Made by a program: the position numbers and the translations under genes. Shown here one piece after another: positions 26,138 to 34,517 of a stretch of DNA of 42,789 nucleotides (position 1 is the first letter of the stretch; every line of letters starts with the position of its first letter). The notes beneath the pieces were generated by a model. It saw only the letters and a program-made list of their open reading frames with translations, was not told where the DNA came from and ran no database searches. This stretch comes from an uncultured Candidatus Bathyarchaeia archaeon. GTDB taxonomy: Archaea; Thermoproteota; Bathyarchaeia; TCS64. The DNA lies in assembly GCA_964485755.1 (NCBI GenBank), contig CAZAKG010000003.1, positions 1 to 42,789 of the forward strand, written 5' to 3'.

Positions 26138-26638
26138 TTGAAGTTTGAAGAAGTGTTAGAGAAGAGAAGAAGCATCCGCAAGTACAAGGGTACCCCCGTA
26201 CCAAGGGAAAAAATATTGAAGATGCTTGAGGCTGCCCGGATCGCTCCCTCGGCCAGTAACAGACAGCCATGGCACTTTGTGGTAGTCGAGAACAAGGAAA
26301 CCATCAAGAAACTAGCTAAACAGGAGTGGGCGGCAGGGGCTCCAGTCATGATCGTCGGTTTAGCGGACCAGGCGGCGTCACCTAACTGGTGCAACAACGA
26401 TCTCGGAATAGCTCTCGAACACATCGTGTTGGCTGCGACGAATCTGGGTCTAGGAACATGCTGGATGGGGCAGACAGGCAGGGAAGAATTGATAAAGAGC
26501 CTGCTAGGCATCCCGGATAATTTCAAGGTTGTCGCAGTAATACCTCTAGGAGTACCTGATGAGACACCGGCGCCTAAGGAGAGAAAGAGCCTGGACACTA
26601 TCGTTAGCTGGGAAAAATACGGCTCAAAATCTCCATAA
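26138..26638 (+). CDS. Nitroreductase-family protein.
   Basis: 166 aa with a TTG start. LEKRRSIRKYKGTPVPREKILKMLEAARIAPSASNRQPWHFVVV is the canonical nitroreductase N-terminus. Confidence 0.85.
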   Translation: MKFEEVLEKRRSIRKYKGTPVPREKILKMLEAARIAPSASNRQPWHFVVVENKETIKKLAKQEWAAGAPVMIVGLADQAASPNWCNNDLGIALEHIVLAATNLGLGTCWMGQTGREELIKSLLGIPDNFKVVAVIPLGVPDETPAPKERKSLDTIVSWEKYGSKSP

Positions 26639-26899
26639 CACCCTTTTCTTCAAAACCTTTGTTTTAGCACATTTATAGTCCTGGTTCAAAGAGAACTAGG
26701 CCAAAAGAGCATAAAGAACACCTTGATGCATGTTCAGCTCGCTAAGGAACTCTTCAAAGGCTAGGTTGAATATACCCGTCGGATCGCTGAGACGCCTAAA
26801 CAGGCCATCGAGCTTGCTGAACAAGGGGTTCGAGAATTCGACGAGTTCAGTGGCCTACATCTATATCGAAAAATCAAATAACAGACCCGGTTCAGGTAA

Positions 26900-26977
26900 T
26901 GGCGAGCCCGGTGGGATTTGAACCCACGACCCCCGACTTAGGAGGTCGGTGCTCTATCCGTGCTGAGCTACGGGCTC
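26900..26977 (-). tRNA. tRNA-Arg (anticodon CCU) with genomically encoded CCA.
   Basis: The reverse complement reads GAGCCCGUAGCUCAGCACGGAUAGAGCACCGACCUCCUAAGUCGGGGGUCGUGGGUUCAAAUCCCACCGGGCUCGCCA. The 7-bp acceptor stem is GAGCCCG/CGGGCUC and the anticodon stem is CCGAC/GUCGG. The loop is CU-CCU-AA and the T-loop is GGUUCAAAUCC. Confidence 0.9.
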
Positions 26978-27537
26978 ACGCACCACCACTATACAGCACC
27001 CATTTTTAAGAGTAACCCTCGCCCCTCCAAGTTCCCATATAAGGGAAGATGGACGGGTGGACTTGGCCTCCTATCCTTCGCACGGTAAATCCGGTGCACC
27101 CTGGGCCATGCCGTTAACACCTATGCCACAAGGATTTGGTTGTCCCAGCGAGAGGCGACATTATTAACATAAGCGTGCTAATATATTGCCTCGATCTTAA
27201 AAACGAACATTGTATGTTGATGGACGACAACAACATAACTATAATATAGAGAGAGCTTACCATATAGTTTTGCCCAAGTGGAAGCGGAACCCGGCCAAAG
27301 AAGCGGACGACCGGCCGACGCTGAGCTGTAGAGACGGGCTTCAGAGGGACTCAATGGGCTTTGGCTCGATGAAAACCTTCGTCTCGAAGCAAGACCTCTT
27401 GGGCACTTTCATTTTTGGAGAAAAATTACAGCACCTGGGCAAGATGTTTCCCCTCGTGGGGCCCGGGGACGCGGAGGAGCTGGCCCGTCTCACCAGATAG
27501 CGTCCATCTTTTAGGCTGGCGCCCACCCACTACCAAC

Positions 27538-28233
27538 ATGGCGTACTCCAACAAGCCAACCATAGTCAGGGCCATCAAGCGCCCACCCAAGACCACCATA
27601 GCCGAGTTCAGGGGGCTCCCCGTAGCCAACGTAGCCGACGCACTGGGTAAGCCTTGCAGGTTCACCCTGGACCCCCTCATCAGGCCCGCCTTCGACGGCA
27701 TCAGCCTCGTCGGCCCAGCCGTCACAGTCCAGGAGCGCCCCGACTGCAATCTCATGAGCCACGCCGCCACCGACCTCATGCAGCAGGGAGACGTCCTGGT
27801 GGTGGACGCAGGAGGCTACACGAGGACAGCCGTCGGCGGCTTCCTCATGTCCAGGAAGATGATCAGCAAGGGAGCCGCCGGCGTCGTGGTGGACGGCGCA
27901 TGGAGGGACCGCGCCGAGATCACCGAGGCCAGGTTCCCCGTATACTGTAGGGCCTGGCAGCCAGGCGGCCCCCACAAGGACGTACCGGGATCGGTGAACG
28001 TTCCCGTGGCGTGCGGCGGCGTCGTGGTCCACCCCGGTGACATAATCGTCGGGGACGACGACGGCGTAGCCGTGGTGCCCAGGGACTCCGCCGAAGCGGT
28101 TCTCGCCCTCGCCCAGGAGATAAGGGCCAAGGAGAACAAGACGATGGCCGAGACCAGCGACGAGATCATCCAGAGGCCCAACCCCTCCGCCACCGAGGAG
28201 CGGCTCAGGAAGCTCGGGGTGGAGTTCAGGTGA
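27538..28233 (+). CDS. RraA-family protein (4-hydroxy-4-methyl-2-oxoglutarate aldolase / oxaloacetate decarboxylase-like).
   Basis: GPAVTVQ...DVLVVDAGG...AVGGFLMS...GVVVDGAWRD...FPVY...GGVVVHPGDIIVGDDDGVAVVP matches the RraA/MenG fold. The start is moved to the ATG at 27538. The upstream 41 codons from a TTG look non-coding. Confidence 0.85.
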   Translation: MAYSNKPTIVRAIKRPPKTTIAEFRGLPVANVADALGKPCRFTLDPLIRPAFDGISLVGPAVTVQERPDCNLMSHAATDLMQQGDVLVVDAGGYTRTAVGGFLMSRKMISKGAAGVVVDGAWRDRAEITEARFPVYCRAWQPGGPHKDVPGSVNVPVACGGVVVHPGDIIVGDDDGVAVVPRDSAEAVLALAQEIRAKENKTMAETSDEIIQRPNPSATEERLRKLGVEFR

Positions 28234-28676
28234 GCCTCGAGGCCAGAACACACACGGCCCTCCACATAGTGAAGGGGGCCATATTCAGGGTTCTGGGCGC
28301 CAAGTGGAGCACAAGCGCGGCCTCGGAGGGCGGCCACGGCAGGATCGCCGTGGAGTTCGACAGGAAGCCCACGGACAAGGAGGAGGCCGAGATACAGAGG
28401 CTCGTGGACCAGAAGATCGGGGAGGACGCGCGGATCGAGGTCATGGAGATGTCCAGGAGCGACGCCGAGACACGGTTCGGGGACTACATCTACGACAAGT
28501 TTCCTCTCCCCGAGAGCATACAGACGCTCACTGTGTTCCACCTGCCAGGCTGGAACGTCAACGCGTGCAACAAAACGCACACCCAGACGACGGGCGAGGT
28601 AGGTAAGGTCACGATAAGCAAAATCCGCCACAGGGGCGGCAAAGGGGTCCTTGAGGTCAGCTTCGATGTGGCCTAG
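28230..28676 (+). CDS. alaX: AlaX-S-type trans-editing protein (free-standing Ala/Thr-tRNA synthetase second additional domain).
   Basis: 148 aa. HTALHIV (HxxxH) and CNKTH (CxxxH) are the zinc motifs. The size matches archaeal AlaX-S. The start overlaps the upstream stop (GTGA). Confidence 0.82.
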   Translation: MSLEARTHTALHIVKGAIFRVLGAKWSTSAASEGGHGRIAVEFDRKPTDKEEAEIQRLVDQKIGEDARIEVMEMSRSDAETRFGDYIYDKFPLPESIQTLTVFHLPGWNVNACNKTHTQTTGEVGKVTISKIRHRGGKGVLEVSFDVA

Positions 28677-28837
28677 CGGCCCTTGCCCTTGGACCTCTTC
28701 ATGCGCAGGTTCTTGCCGTGGCACTTGCGGCACTTGACGGCGTTCCAGGGGTTGGTGGCTCCGCATGTCCTGCACACCGACTTCTTGATCCTGTGCTCTC
28801 TCGCTATCTCGATCTTCACCGGGTCTCTAAGCGACAT
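28673..28837 (-). CDS. rpl40e: 50S ribosomal protein L40e (eL40). Not in the ORF track because it is under 60 aa.
   Basis: Hand translation gives [54 protein letters not shown] (54 aa). The CxxC...CxxC zinc ribbon and basic tail are typical of archaeal L40e. Its stop overlaps the alaX stop by 4 nt. Confidence 0.85.
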   Translation of the reverse strand: MSLRDPVKIEIAREHRIKKSVCRTCGATNPWNAVKCRKCHGKNLRMKRSKGKGR

Positions 28838-29021
28838 TGATGTTTCCCCTATTGAGCCTCCAAGGTATATGGCCGCCCCTTTATAGCTTTTCCCAATCCG
28901 CTGCTGACCAGTTCAAGCACGTGAGCGGCAAAAAACAGAGATGCATCAATGAAACACAAGTGACGCATCACCTCATCCCATACAAGAAAACAGTGAAGAA
29001 GGGTGTCCGCGTCGAGTGCGC

Positions 29022-29147
29022 CTACTTTTCCTTGTTGGCGAGGCTTCTCAGCTTCTTCAGCTGCTCCTCGATGGACGGCAGATTGTCCAGGGCTTCCCTA
29101 AGCCTCTCCTTCAAGGCTTTACCGAATTCCAGTACCTGTTCAGTCAT
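29022..29147 (-). CDS. Possible 41-aa helical mini-protein.
   Basis: Hand translation gives MTEQVLEFGKALKERLREALDNLPSIEEQLKKLRSLANKEK. Host-like codon usage. No family recognised. Confidence 0.25.
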   Translation of the reverse strand: MTEQVLEFGKALKERLREALDNLPSIEEQLKKLRSLANKEK

Positions 29148-29329
29148 GGCTTTTCCTGCGCGATTTTCGTTTATAGGTTTGGTATGTGCGGGGGTCTGTA
29201 CCGTAGGATGGTAGCTATGGTAAGGTGCCTCAGGTATGTATCAATTATTCGTAGAATGGGTAGGTACCCCGTCAACATTGGGCGCAGCGTCCCGTGTGAG
29301 CATATCAGCCCACCCGGAACATGGGGGGG

Positions 29330-29656
29330 TCACCTGATGAGCCTAGTGGTCCCGTCTTCCCTTGCCAGGTAGAGTAGGAACGTGGTCTCCGGGTTCCCGG
29401 CCGCGTACCTCTGGAACTCGCGGTGCTGCATGATGTCCAAGCTGAGGGTGTCATCCGTCTCCACCTCGATTATCCTCGTGGCCTCGCCCTTACGGGCACG
29501 TATATCAGGGATGTATTCGTTGATGTAAGGCGGCTTGAGGTAGCCGCTCACGTGGGCCTCAACGGACCACCCCTCGAAGGAGAGTCCCAGGGCCAGCCTC
29601 TGGATACACCTATCGTGTAAACCCTGGTTCCTCCTACGAGAAACCAATACGCTCAA
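29330..29656 (-). CDS. Hypothetical protein with a PD-(D/E)xK-nuclease-like core.
   Basis: 108 aa with a TTG start. ...GWSVEAHVSG...YIPDIRARKGEATRIIEVET... has the D...E-x-E/K layout and strand order of small restriction-endonuclease-fold proteins (Hjc/Mrr-like). Tentative. Confidence 0.45.
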   Translation of the reverse strand: MSVLVSRRRNQGLHDRCIQRLALGLSFEGWSVEAHVSGYLKPPYINEYIPDIRARKGEATRIIEVETDDTLSLDIMQHREFQRYAAGNPETTFLLYLAREDGTTRLIR

Positions 29657-29743
29657 CCCTACCCCCCGAACACGCTTTAGAGTCAGCGGACACTTAAGCC
29701 ATATGGAGTAGAAGTAGATCAGATGGCGCCCACTGCGGCGGGG

Positions 29744-29851
29744 CTAGAACAGGATGCTGAGGCAGGTGAGGGCGCCGTCGCACTTTTGAATCTCTTGCAT
29801 GTCCAAGTCGATGATGCTGATATCTACCTCTTTAACCATTCTTCCATTACC
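29744..29851 (-). pseudogene. Relic copy of the last ~33 codons of the DDAH-family gene.
   Basis: The minus strand reads GNGRMVKEVDISIIDLDMQEIQKCDGALTCLSILF and then a stop. The intact gene ends ...QQMVREAGFDVISLDVSEIQKCDGALTCLSILF. At the DNA level both carry atgctgaggcaggt and gcgccgtcgcactt. There is no upstream coding continuation, because the phosphatase stop codon abuts it. Confidence 0.7.
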
Positions 29852-29860
29852 GAAGGTGAC

Positions 29861-30511
29861 TTACTGTGGGTTCAGCAGTCTCCCTTTATGCAGTCCACCC
29901 ATCGAAAGGTGGGCGGTGTCGTTGAGTCTTGAGATGGTACGGTCGCCAAGACGGTTGATTGTGAGGACCGTGATGCTGGCGAGGTCGGTCTCGAAGTGGA
30001 CCTTGGACATGGTGGCTATGTCTAGGCCTAACCACCAGTCGATGATGTGAACTATTGTTCCCCCATGAGTTACTATAAGCAGCGTGGCGTCCTCGTCTGC
30101 TATGGTATCCATGCATTCACATACCCTCTGATGGAACTCGCGCCATGTCTCGGCTTCTGGGTAGAACTGCCAGTCCAGCAGGGGCTCGGTGGGCTCCCGA
30201 TAGTACCTCCGGGCCTCCTCCTTGGTCTTGTCCTTGGCAATACCATTGTTGATCTCCCTGAGGCCGTCCAGCGGCGTCGGCTTCAAGCCGAGAGCGGCGG
30301 CGATGAAATCAGCCGTGTGTCTGGTTCTCTTTAAGTCGCTGCAATACAATTTGACGCATGTTCCTTGGAGTTCCTCCTTCAGCCTCGACGTGAGGACAAC
30401 CGCCTGCCGCCTACCCAGGTCCGTCAGGTCCGTATCGGTCCAGCCTCCTGTCAGGTCTCCGTCGATGTGCTCCGCGTGTCCATGGCGTACCAGAATAATG
30501 GGGCTCATCAC
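29861..30511 (-). CDS. Histidine phosphatase family protein (phosphoglycerate-mutase-like, branch 1).
   Basis: 216 aa. ILVRHGHAEH (RHG catalytic motif), ...SDLKRTRHTA..., and ...IVTHGG... Confidence 0.85.
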   Translation of the reverse strand: MMSPIILVRHGHAEHIDGDLTGGWTDTDLTDLGRRQAVVLTSRLKEELQGTCVKLYCSDLKRTRHTADFIAAALGLKPTPLDGLREINNGIAKDKTKEEARRYYREPTEPLLDWQFYPEAETWREFHQRVCECMDTIADEDATLLIVTHGGTIVHIIDWWLGLDIATMSKVHFETDLASITVLTINRLGDRTISRLNDTAHLSMGGLHKGRLLNPQ

Positions 30512-30562
30512 CCAATAATTGGGGTTAGTGTAATTTTACTGTTTTTCAAAAGATGTAAAGCT

Positions 30563-31324
30563 TTAAAATAATATGCTGAGGCAGGTCAGTGCGCCGTCGC
30601 ACTTCTGTATCTCGGACACGTCCAGGCTTATGACGTCGAACCCGGCCTCCCTGACCATCTGCTGAGCCGTCTCGTAGCCCCGGGCCATGAGCACCGTGTC
30701 GCCGACGGCCAGCGTGTCGGCGGCGTACTCGTCTCGGGCCGGCGGGATCAGTATGTTGAACCCCTCCAGGGCCGGGTGGTTGGCGTACTTCTCCGTCGCC
30801 ATCATTATGCCTCTCCCCAGGTGCGTCACGTAGCTCTTCAGGTGCATTATTGAGGGGTCGAATACCGTGTCCACCCTCACGTTCAGCCACTCCTGCATCT
30901 GGGCGACGCCCTCAGGGTTCGTCCTGTCCGTGATGCCCGAGATGAGCCTGTCCTCCAGGTGCACAACGTCTCCGCCCTCCACAGTCGCCGGCGCCGTGGC
31001 CCACTTCACCGGCATGAACTCCTCCAGGGCTGCGGCCACCCCCGGCTGCTCGCCCCTCCTGCTCTCCTTAGCCATCCTGCAGATGAGGGCCCTGCCCCCA
31101 TGCACGACGGCGTTGTCCTCCACGAAGCAGTTGTCCGGGTGCGCGTCGTCCCGGGGCACCCTGATGACCTCCAGGCCCAGCTCCTCCAGGGTACCGCAGT
31201 AGACTGCGTGCTGCTCCCGCGCCTTCTCCAGGCTCACTGTGTGGTGCAGCGGGTGGCTGCTCAGGCACCCAGCGTACCTGTCACCGGGCTCCCGCACCAG
31301 GGCTCTCCTAGGCTCCATGCCCAT
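30563..31324 (-). CDS. Dimethylarginine dimethylaminohydrolase / amidinotransferase-family protein (guanidino-group modifying enzyme fold).
   Basis: 253 aa. ...PDNCFVEDNAVV..., ...TVEGGDVVHL..., HLKSYVT, and the C-terminal catalytic-Cys motif KCDGALTCLSILF. Confidence 0.8.
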   Translation of the reverse strand: MGMEPRRALVREPGDRYAGCLSSHPLHHTVSLEKAREQHAVYCGTLEELGLEVIRVPRDDAHPDNCFVEDNAVVHGGRALICRMAKESRRGEQPGVAAALEEFMPVKWATAPATVEGGDVVHLEDRLISGITDRTNPEGVAQMQEWLNVRVDTVFDPSIMHLKSYVTHLGRGIMMATEKYANHPALEGFNILIPPARDEYAADTLAVGDTVLMARGYETAQQMVREAGFDVISLDVSEIQKCDGALTCLSILF

Positions 31325-31396
31325 ACATTGGGCGCCGAGGTTAAAACCCTTCAGACAACACTTATCCGCTGCAGAGCAACAATCACCTGATCCGAG

Positions 31397-32491
31397 TTGA
31401 CAGTAGACCTATACAAGGTTCTAAGGGACTTCATGGCGGCGCCCGCCGTCACGGGATTCGAGGAGCAGCGCAGGAAGCGCGTAATTGAGGCGTTCAAGAA
31501 GTACTGTGATGTGGTCGAGGTGGACGTCATGGGCAACGTCATAGGCACCATGGGCAGCGGCGACCGCAGCATCATGCTGGCGGGCCACTACGACCAGCTG
31601 GGCTTCATGGTGGACTACGTGGACGAGAAGGGCTTCGCCAGCTTCACCCAGGTGGGGGGCTGGGACAAACGCGTCGCCTACGGCACCCGCCTCAAGATGT
31701 GGGTTGGCGACGGCCCAGGCGACTACCTGGTCGGCACCGTGGCGGTCAAGGCTGCCCACCTAACCGACGCCAAGGAGCGCGACACGTGCCCCGAACTCAA
31801 GGACATGCTCATCGACTTCGGCGCCGCCAGCAAGGAGGAGGCCGAGAAGCTGGGCGTCAAACCCGGCGTCGTATGCACACCGTACCTTGACGTAACGTAC
31901 CTGGGCAAGGAGGGGAGCGACCTCATCATGGGCCCAGCCTTCGACGACGTATGCTGCGTCGCCGCCCTCATAGAGACCATGGAAATCCTCAGGAAGGAGC
32001 CGCTGAAGGGCGTCAAGGTCCACTTCGTGGCCACTGTCCAGGAGGAGGTGGGGCTGCGCGGAGCAACCATCGCCGCATACAACCTGAAGCCCTGGGCGGC
32101 CATAGCCACGGACGTCACCCACGCCGTGGCGCCGGGCGTCAAACCCAACCAGGTGGCGGGAGTCGAGCTGGGCAAGGGCCCCGTGGTGGCGCTGGGAGCC
32201 AACTTCACCAGGGCGCTGTGGGAGATGATGGAGCGTGAGGCCGAGGCCAACGGCATCCCCCACCAGAGGCACGGAGTCCCCGCGAGGAGCGGCACCGACG
32301 CGTGGGCCATCCAGGTGGAGCGCGGAGGCAACATCTGCGGCCTCATAAGCATGCCAAACAGGTACATGCACAGCCCCAACGAGGTCATCAGCCTCAAGGA
32401 CCTGGCCAACCTGGGGAAGCTCATGGCGCTGACGGTGAAGGCGCTGGAGAAGAGCGACCTGAAGCACACAGTGGAAGTCTACAGGAAGTAG
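31397..32491 (+). CDS. M42-family (TET / FrvX-like) aminopeptidase.
   Basis: 364 aa. ...APAVTGFEE..., VDVMGNVIG, MLAGHYDQLGFMV, FDDVCCVAAL, QEEVGLRGA, and MPNRYMHSP. These are the typical M42 motifs. Confidence 0.88.
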   Translation: MTVDLYKVLRDFMAAPAVTGFEEQRRKRVIEAFKKYCDVVEVDVMGNVIGTMGSGDRSIMLAGHYDQLGFMVDYVDEKGFASFTQVGGWDKRVAYGTRLKMWVGDGPGDYLVGTVAVKAAHLTDAKERDTCPELKDMLIDFGAASKEEAEKLGVKPGVVCTPYLDVTYLGKEGSDLIMGPAFDDVCCVAALIETMEILRKEPLKGVKVHFVATVQEEVGLRGATIAAYNLKPWAAIATDVTHAVAPGVKPNQVAGVELGKGPVVALGANFTRALWEMMEREAEANGIPHQRHGVPARSGTDAWAIQVERGGNICGLISMPNRYMHSPNEVISLKDLANLGKLMALTVKALEKSDLKHTVEVYRK

Positions 32492-32499
32492 ACCCTCTC

Positions 32500-32619
32500 C
32501 TATCCCAGGAGCTGCCTCAGCTTCCAGAAGTAGCCGAGGAAGAAGACGACTGTGTAGAAGCCGAACCCGGCGAGGAACCCGCCCATGAAGTACTTATGCT
32601 CGATCCTAAGCTTCTGCAT
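32500..32619 (-). CDS. Possible 39-aa single-TM mini-protein.
   Basis: Hand translation gives MQKLRIEHKYFMGGFLAGFGFYTVVFFLGYFWKLRQLLG. It fills the gap between two convergent genes. Weak call. Confidence 0.3.
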   Translation of the reverse strand: MQKLRIEHKYFMGGFLAGFGFYTVVFFLGYFWKLRQLLG

Positions 32620-32665
32620 GGCTGAGAGCCCCAGGCGGCGTTATAGATGCTTTATGAAGCCTTGA

Positions 32666-33421
32666 TCACGAAAAGTCCTGGACCAGGTACAGCCTACCGC
32701 TGTCGTAGGCGACGCCGACGCTCACCCGCCTGTAGTCCTTGTTGAGTATCTGGTCCCTGTGGCCCCAGCTGTACGCCGAGTCGTCGTACACCATATCGTA
32801 CATGAGCCTGCTCAGGGCGTCCCTGGCCGCGAACTCGTCCCTGCTCGTGTAGTACTTTATGTTCTCGCCCATGGTGCTGGGCAGATCAGGGTTGTGCTTG
32901 AACTCGCCTGTGCTCAGCATCTGCTCAGCGTACCTCTGCGCAATGGGGTTGGTGTCCAGCTCCAGGGCCCCCAGCTTCACCTTGGCCCTCTCCTCGTTGA
33001 CCAGCCCCAGCACGTACTCGTGAAGCTCCCCGACGTTGGGGTTGGTTGGGAAGACGGGCCCGGCGTCAGGCGTCTCAGGCTCCTGGTACCAGTTGTTTAT
33101 GATTGCTATGCTGCCTAGGCTGATGGCCAGGGTTATGGCCACGAAAGCCATCTTCCTCGGGTTCACCCCGGGTCCCAGGTCCAGGAGGCCGGTCTTCCGC
33201 CTCCTGCCGTTCACCTTGGGCCTGTACGCGGGCGCCTCCACGGACTCCACGTAGGGCAGGGGCTCCGCCTCCGCCTGCTCCGTGTAGGGCTTCAGCTTCC
33301 CGCTCAGGGCGATGCAGTTATGGTTCCTCTGCTCTATGTGGTCCTCGCAGAAGCTCAGGTTGCAGTGGGGGCACCTGAGTGGCTCGTCGATTTCCTTGCC
33401 GCAGTGGTAGCAGATGCCCAT
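32666..33421 (-). CDS. AN1-type zinc finger - TM helix - CAP/SCP (PR-1-like) domain fusion protein.
   Basis: 251 aa. CYHCGKEIDEPLRCPHCNLSFCEDHIEQRNHNC fits C-x2-C-x9-C-x2-C-x4-C-x2-H-x5-H-x-C exactly. TM helix: MAFVAITLAISLGSIAII. The C-terminal part has YAEQM...FKHN...GENI...WGHRDQILN...VGVAY, which are CAP motifs. Confidence 0.75.
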   Translation of the reverse strand: MGICYHCGKEIDEPLRCPHCNLSFCEDHIEQRNHNCIALSGKLKPYTEQAEAEPLPYVESVEAPAYRPKVNGRRRKTGLLDLGPGVNPRKMAFVAITLAISLGSIAIINNWYQEPETPDAGPVFPTNPNVGELHEYVLGLVNEERAKVKLGALELDTNPIAQRYAEQMLSTGEFKHNPDLPSTMGENIKYYTSRDEFAARDALSRLMYDMVYDDSAYSWGHRDQILNKDYRRVSVGVAYDSGRLYLVQDFS

Positions 33422-33500
33422 CGCTCCCTAGGTGGGGCACCTTTTTCTTAAAGGTTTACCAACGGATCATCCATAACAGGGATACGGCTTAGGGGAGTCC

Positions 33501-33998
33501 GTGGCCAGCTATTTATATCCAAGGGCTCACAGTATGCAGGTTGGCGAAGTTTTGAAGACATCCAAGTTCCTCGGGTGGGTCATCGCCGCCGTCCAGCTTG
33601 CGGGAGTTGCGGCCCTCGCCCTAGGGGTGCACACGATAATAGGCGTCTCGGGCTCAGCATTCTCGCAGGGGGGCCAGGAGATACAGCCGCAGATGGGGGA
33701 CCCAGTGGTCATCCCCCTCACCCTCCATCCAAGGAACGACGGGTTCCTGGAGGCGAGGTTCACCGTATCGCTGAGCCTAGTCGTGGACGGGGACAACTTC
33801 CTGGCCACAGACTCGGCCACGGTGACCCTGCCCCCGGGGGGCTCCGAGCCGGTTGAGCTGGAGCTGAGTATACCCGCGAGCCAGTTCCAGCAGTACATGG
33901 GCTCCTCGGACGTGTCCTGGGTGGCCGACATCCAGGTTACGACTCTCTTCGACCTCATCAGCTTCAGCAACACCATGACGGTGACGGGAGGCGCCTGA
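33501..33998 (+). CDS. Membrane-anchored hypothetical protein.
   Basis: 165-aa ORF with one N-terminal TM helix followed by a beta-rich region. The start codon is uncertain. Confidence 0.5.
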   Translation: MASYLYPRAHSMQVGEVLKTSKFLGWVIAAVQLAGVAALALGVHTIIGVSGSAFSQGGQEIQPQMGDPVVIPLTLHPRNDGFLEARFTVSLSLVVDGDNFLATDSATVTLPPGGSEPVELELSIPASQFQQYMGSSDVSWVADIQVTTLFDLISFSNTMTVTGGA

Positions 33999-33999
33999 G

Positions 34000-34485
34000 G
34001 TGAGCGGGAACGATAGGATGACGGCGATCATCGGGGCCGCAGTGACACTCATACTCTTCGTGGCGGTGCCCTACATGCTACCAGAGTACCTGCCCTCCGA
34101 CATAGCCCAGCTACTGGCGGAGTCGGGGTTCGACCTCCAGGTCTTCATCAACGAGGTGATGATCCTGGGAGCCGTCACGGCGGCTCTGACGCTCGCCAAG
34201 GGCTTCTTGGGCAAGGCCAGCCCGGTGAGCCTGATGATCAGCGTCGCACAGGACGTGGCCAGCCTCTTCTTCATGGTGGTCCTGCTGGGCGCCGGTGACA
34301 TCTCGTCGCTGGGGGTAACCTCCTTCACGTTCTCCTCGGAGAACACCACCAACCACATAGTAATGGACTTCAGGGTCTTCATCTACGTCACGGTCCTGAC
34401 CGTTGCGCTGCGCGTCGTGGAGGCCTACCTGAACTGGGACGAGGCGAGGATTCAGGCCATGCCGCCGGGCCGGATACCGCCTTAG
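34000..34485 (+). CDS. Integral membrane hypothetical protein.
   Basis: 161 aa with about 4 TM helices. Its start lies 2 nt after the upstream stop, so the two genes are a likely operon. Confidence 0.55.
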   Translation: MSGNDRMTAIIGAAVTLILFVAVPYMLPEYLPSDIAQLLAESGFDLQVFINEVMILGAVTAALTLAKGFLGKASPVSLMISVAQDVASLFFMVVLLGAGDISSLGVTSFTFSSENTTNHIVMDFRVFIYVTVLTVALRVVEAYLNWDEARIQAMPPGRIPP

Positions 34486-34517
34486 CCCTGAACACTTTTT
34501 AAAAATCCGCAGCGCAT

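Noticed and set aside
27415-27537. The 41-codon TTG-initiated N-terminal extension of the RraA-family ORF. The overlapping ORFs 27210-27500 (+) and 27341-27526 (-) fall in the same category.
   Set aside because: RraA-family homology starts at the ATG at 27538. The upstream translation (…WARCFPSWGPGTRRSWPVSPDS…) looks non-coding. The two overlapping ORFs have no motifs, and I could not choose between them.
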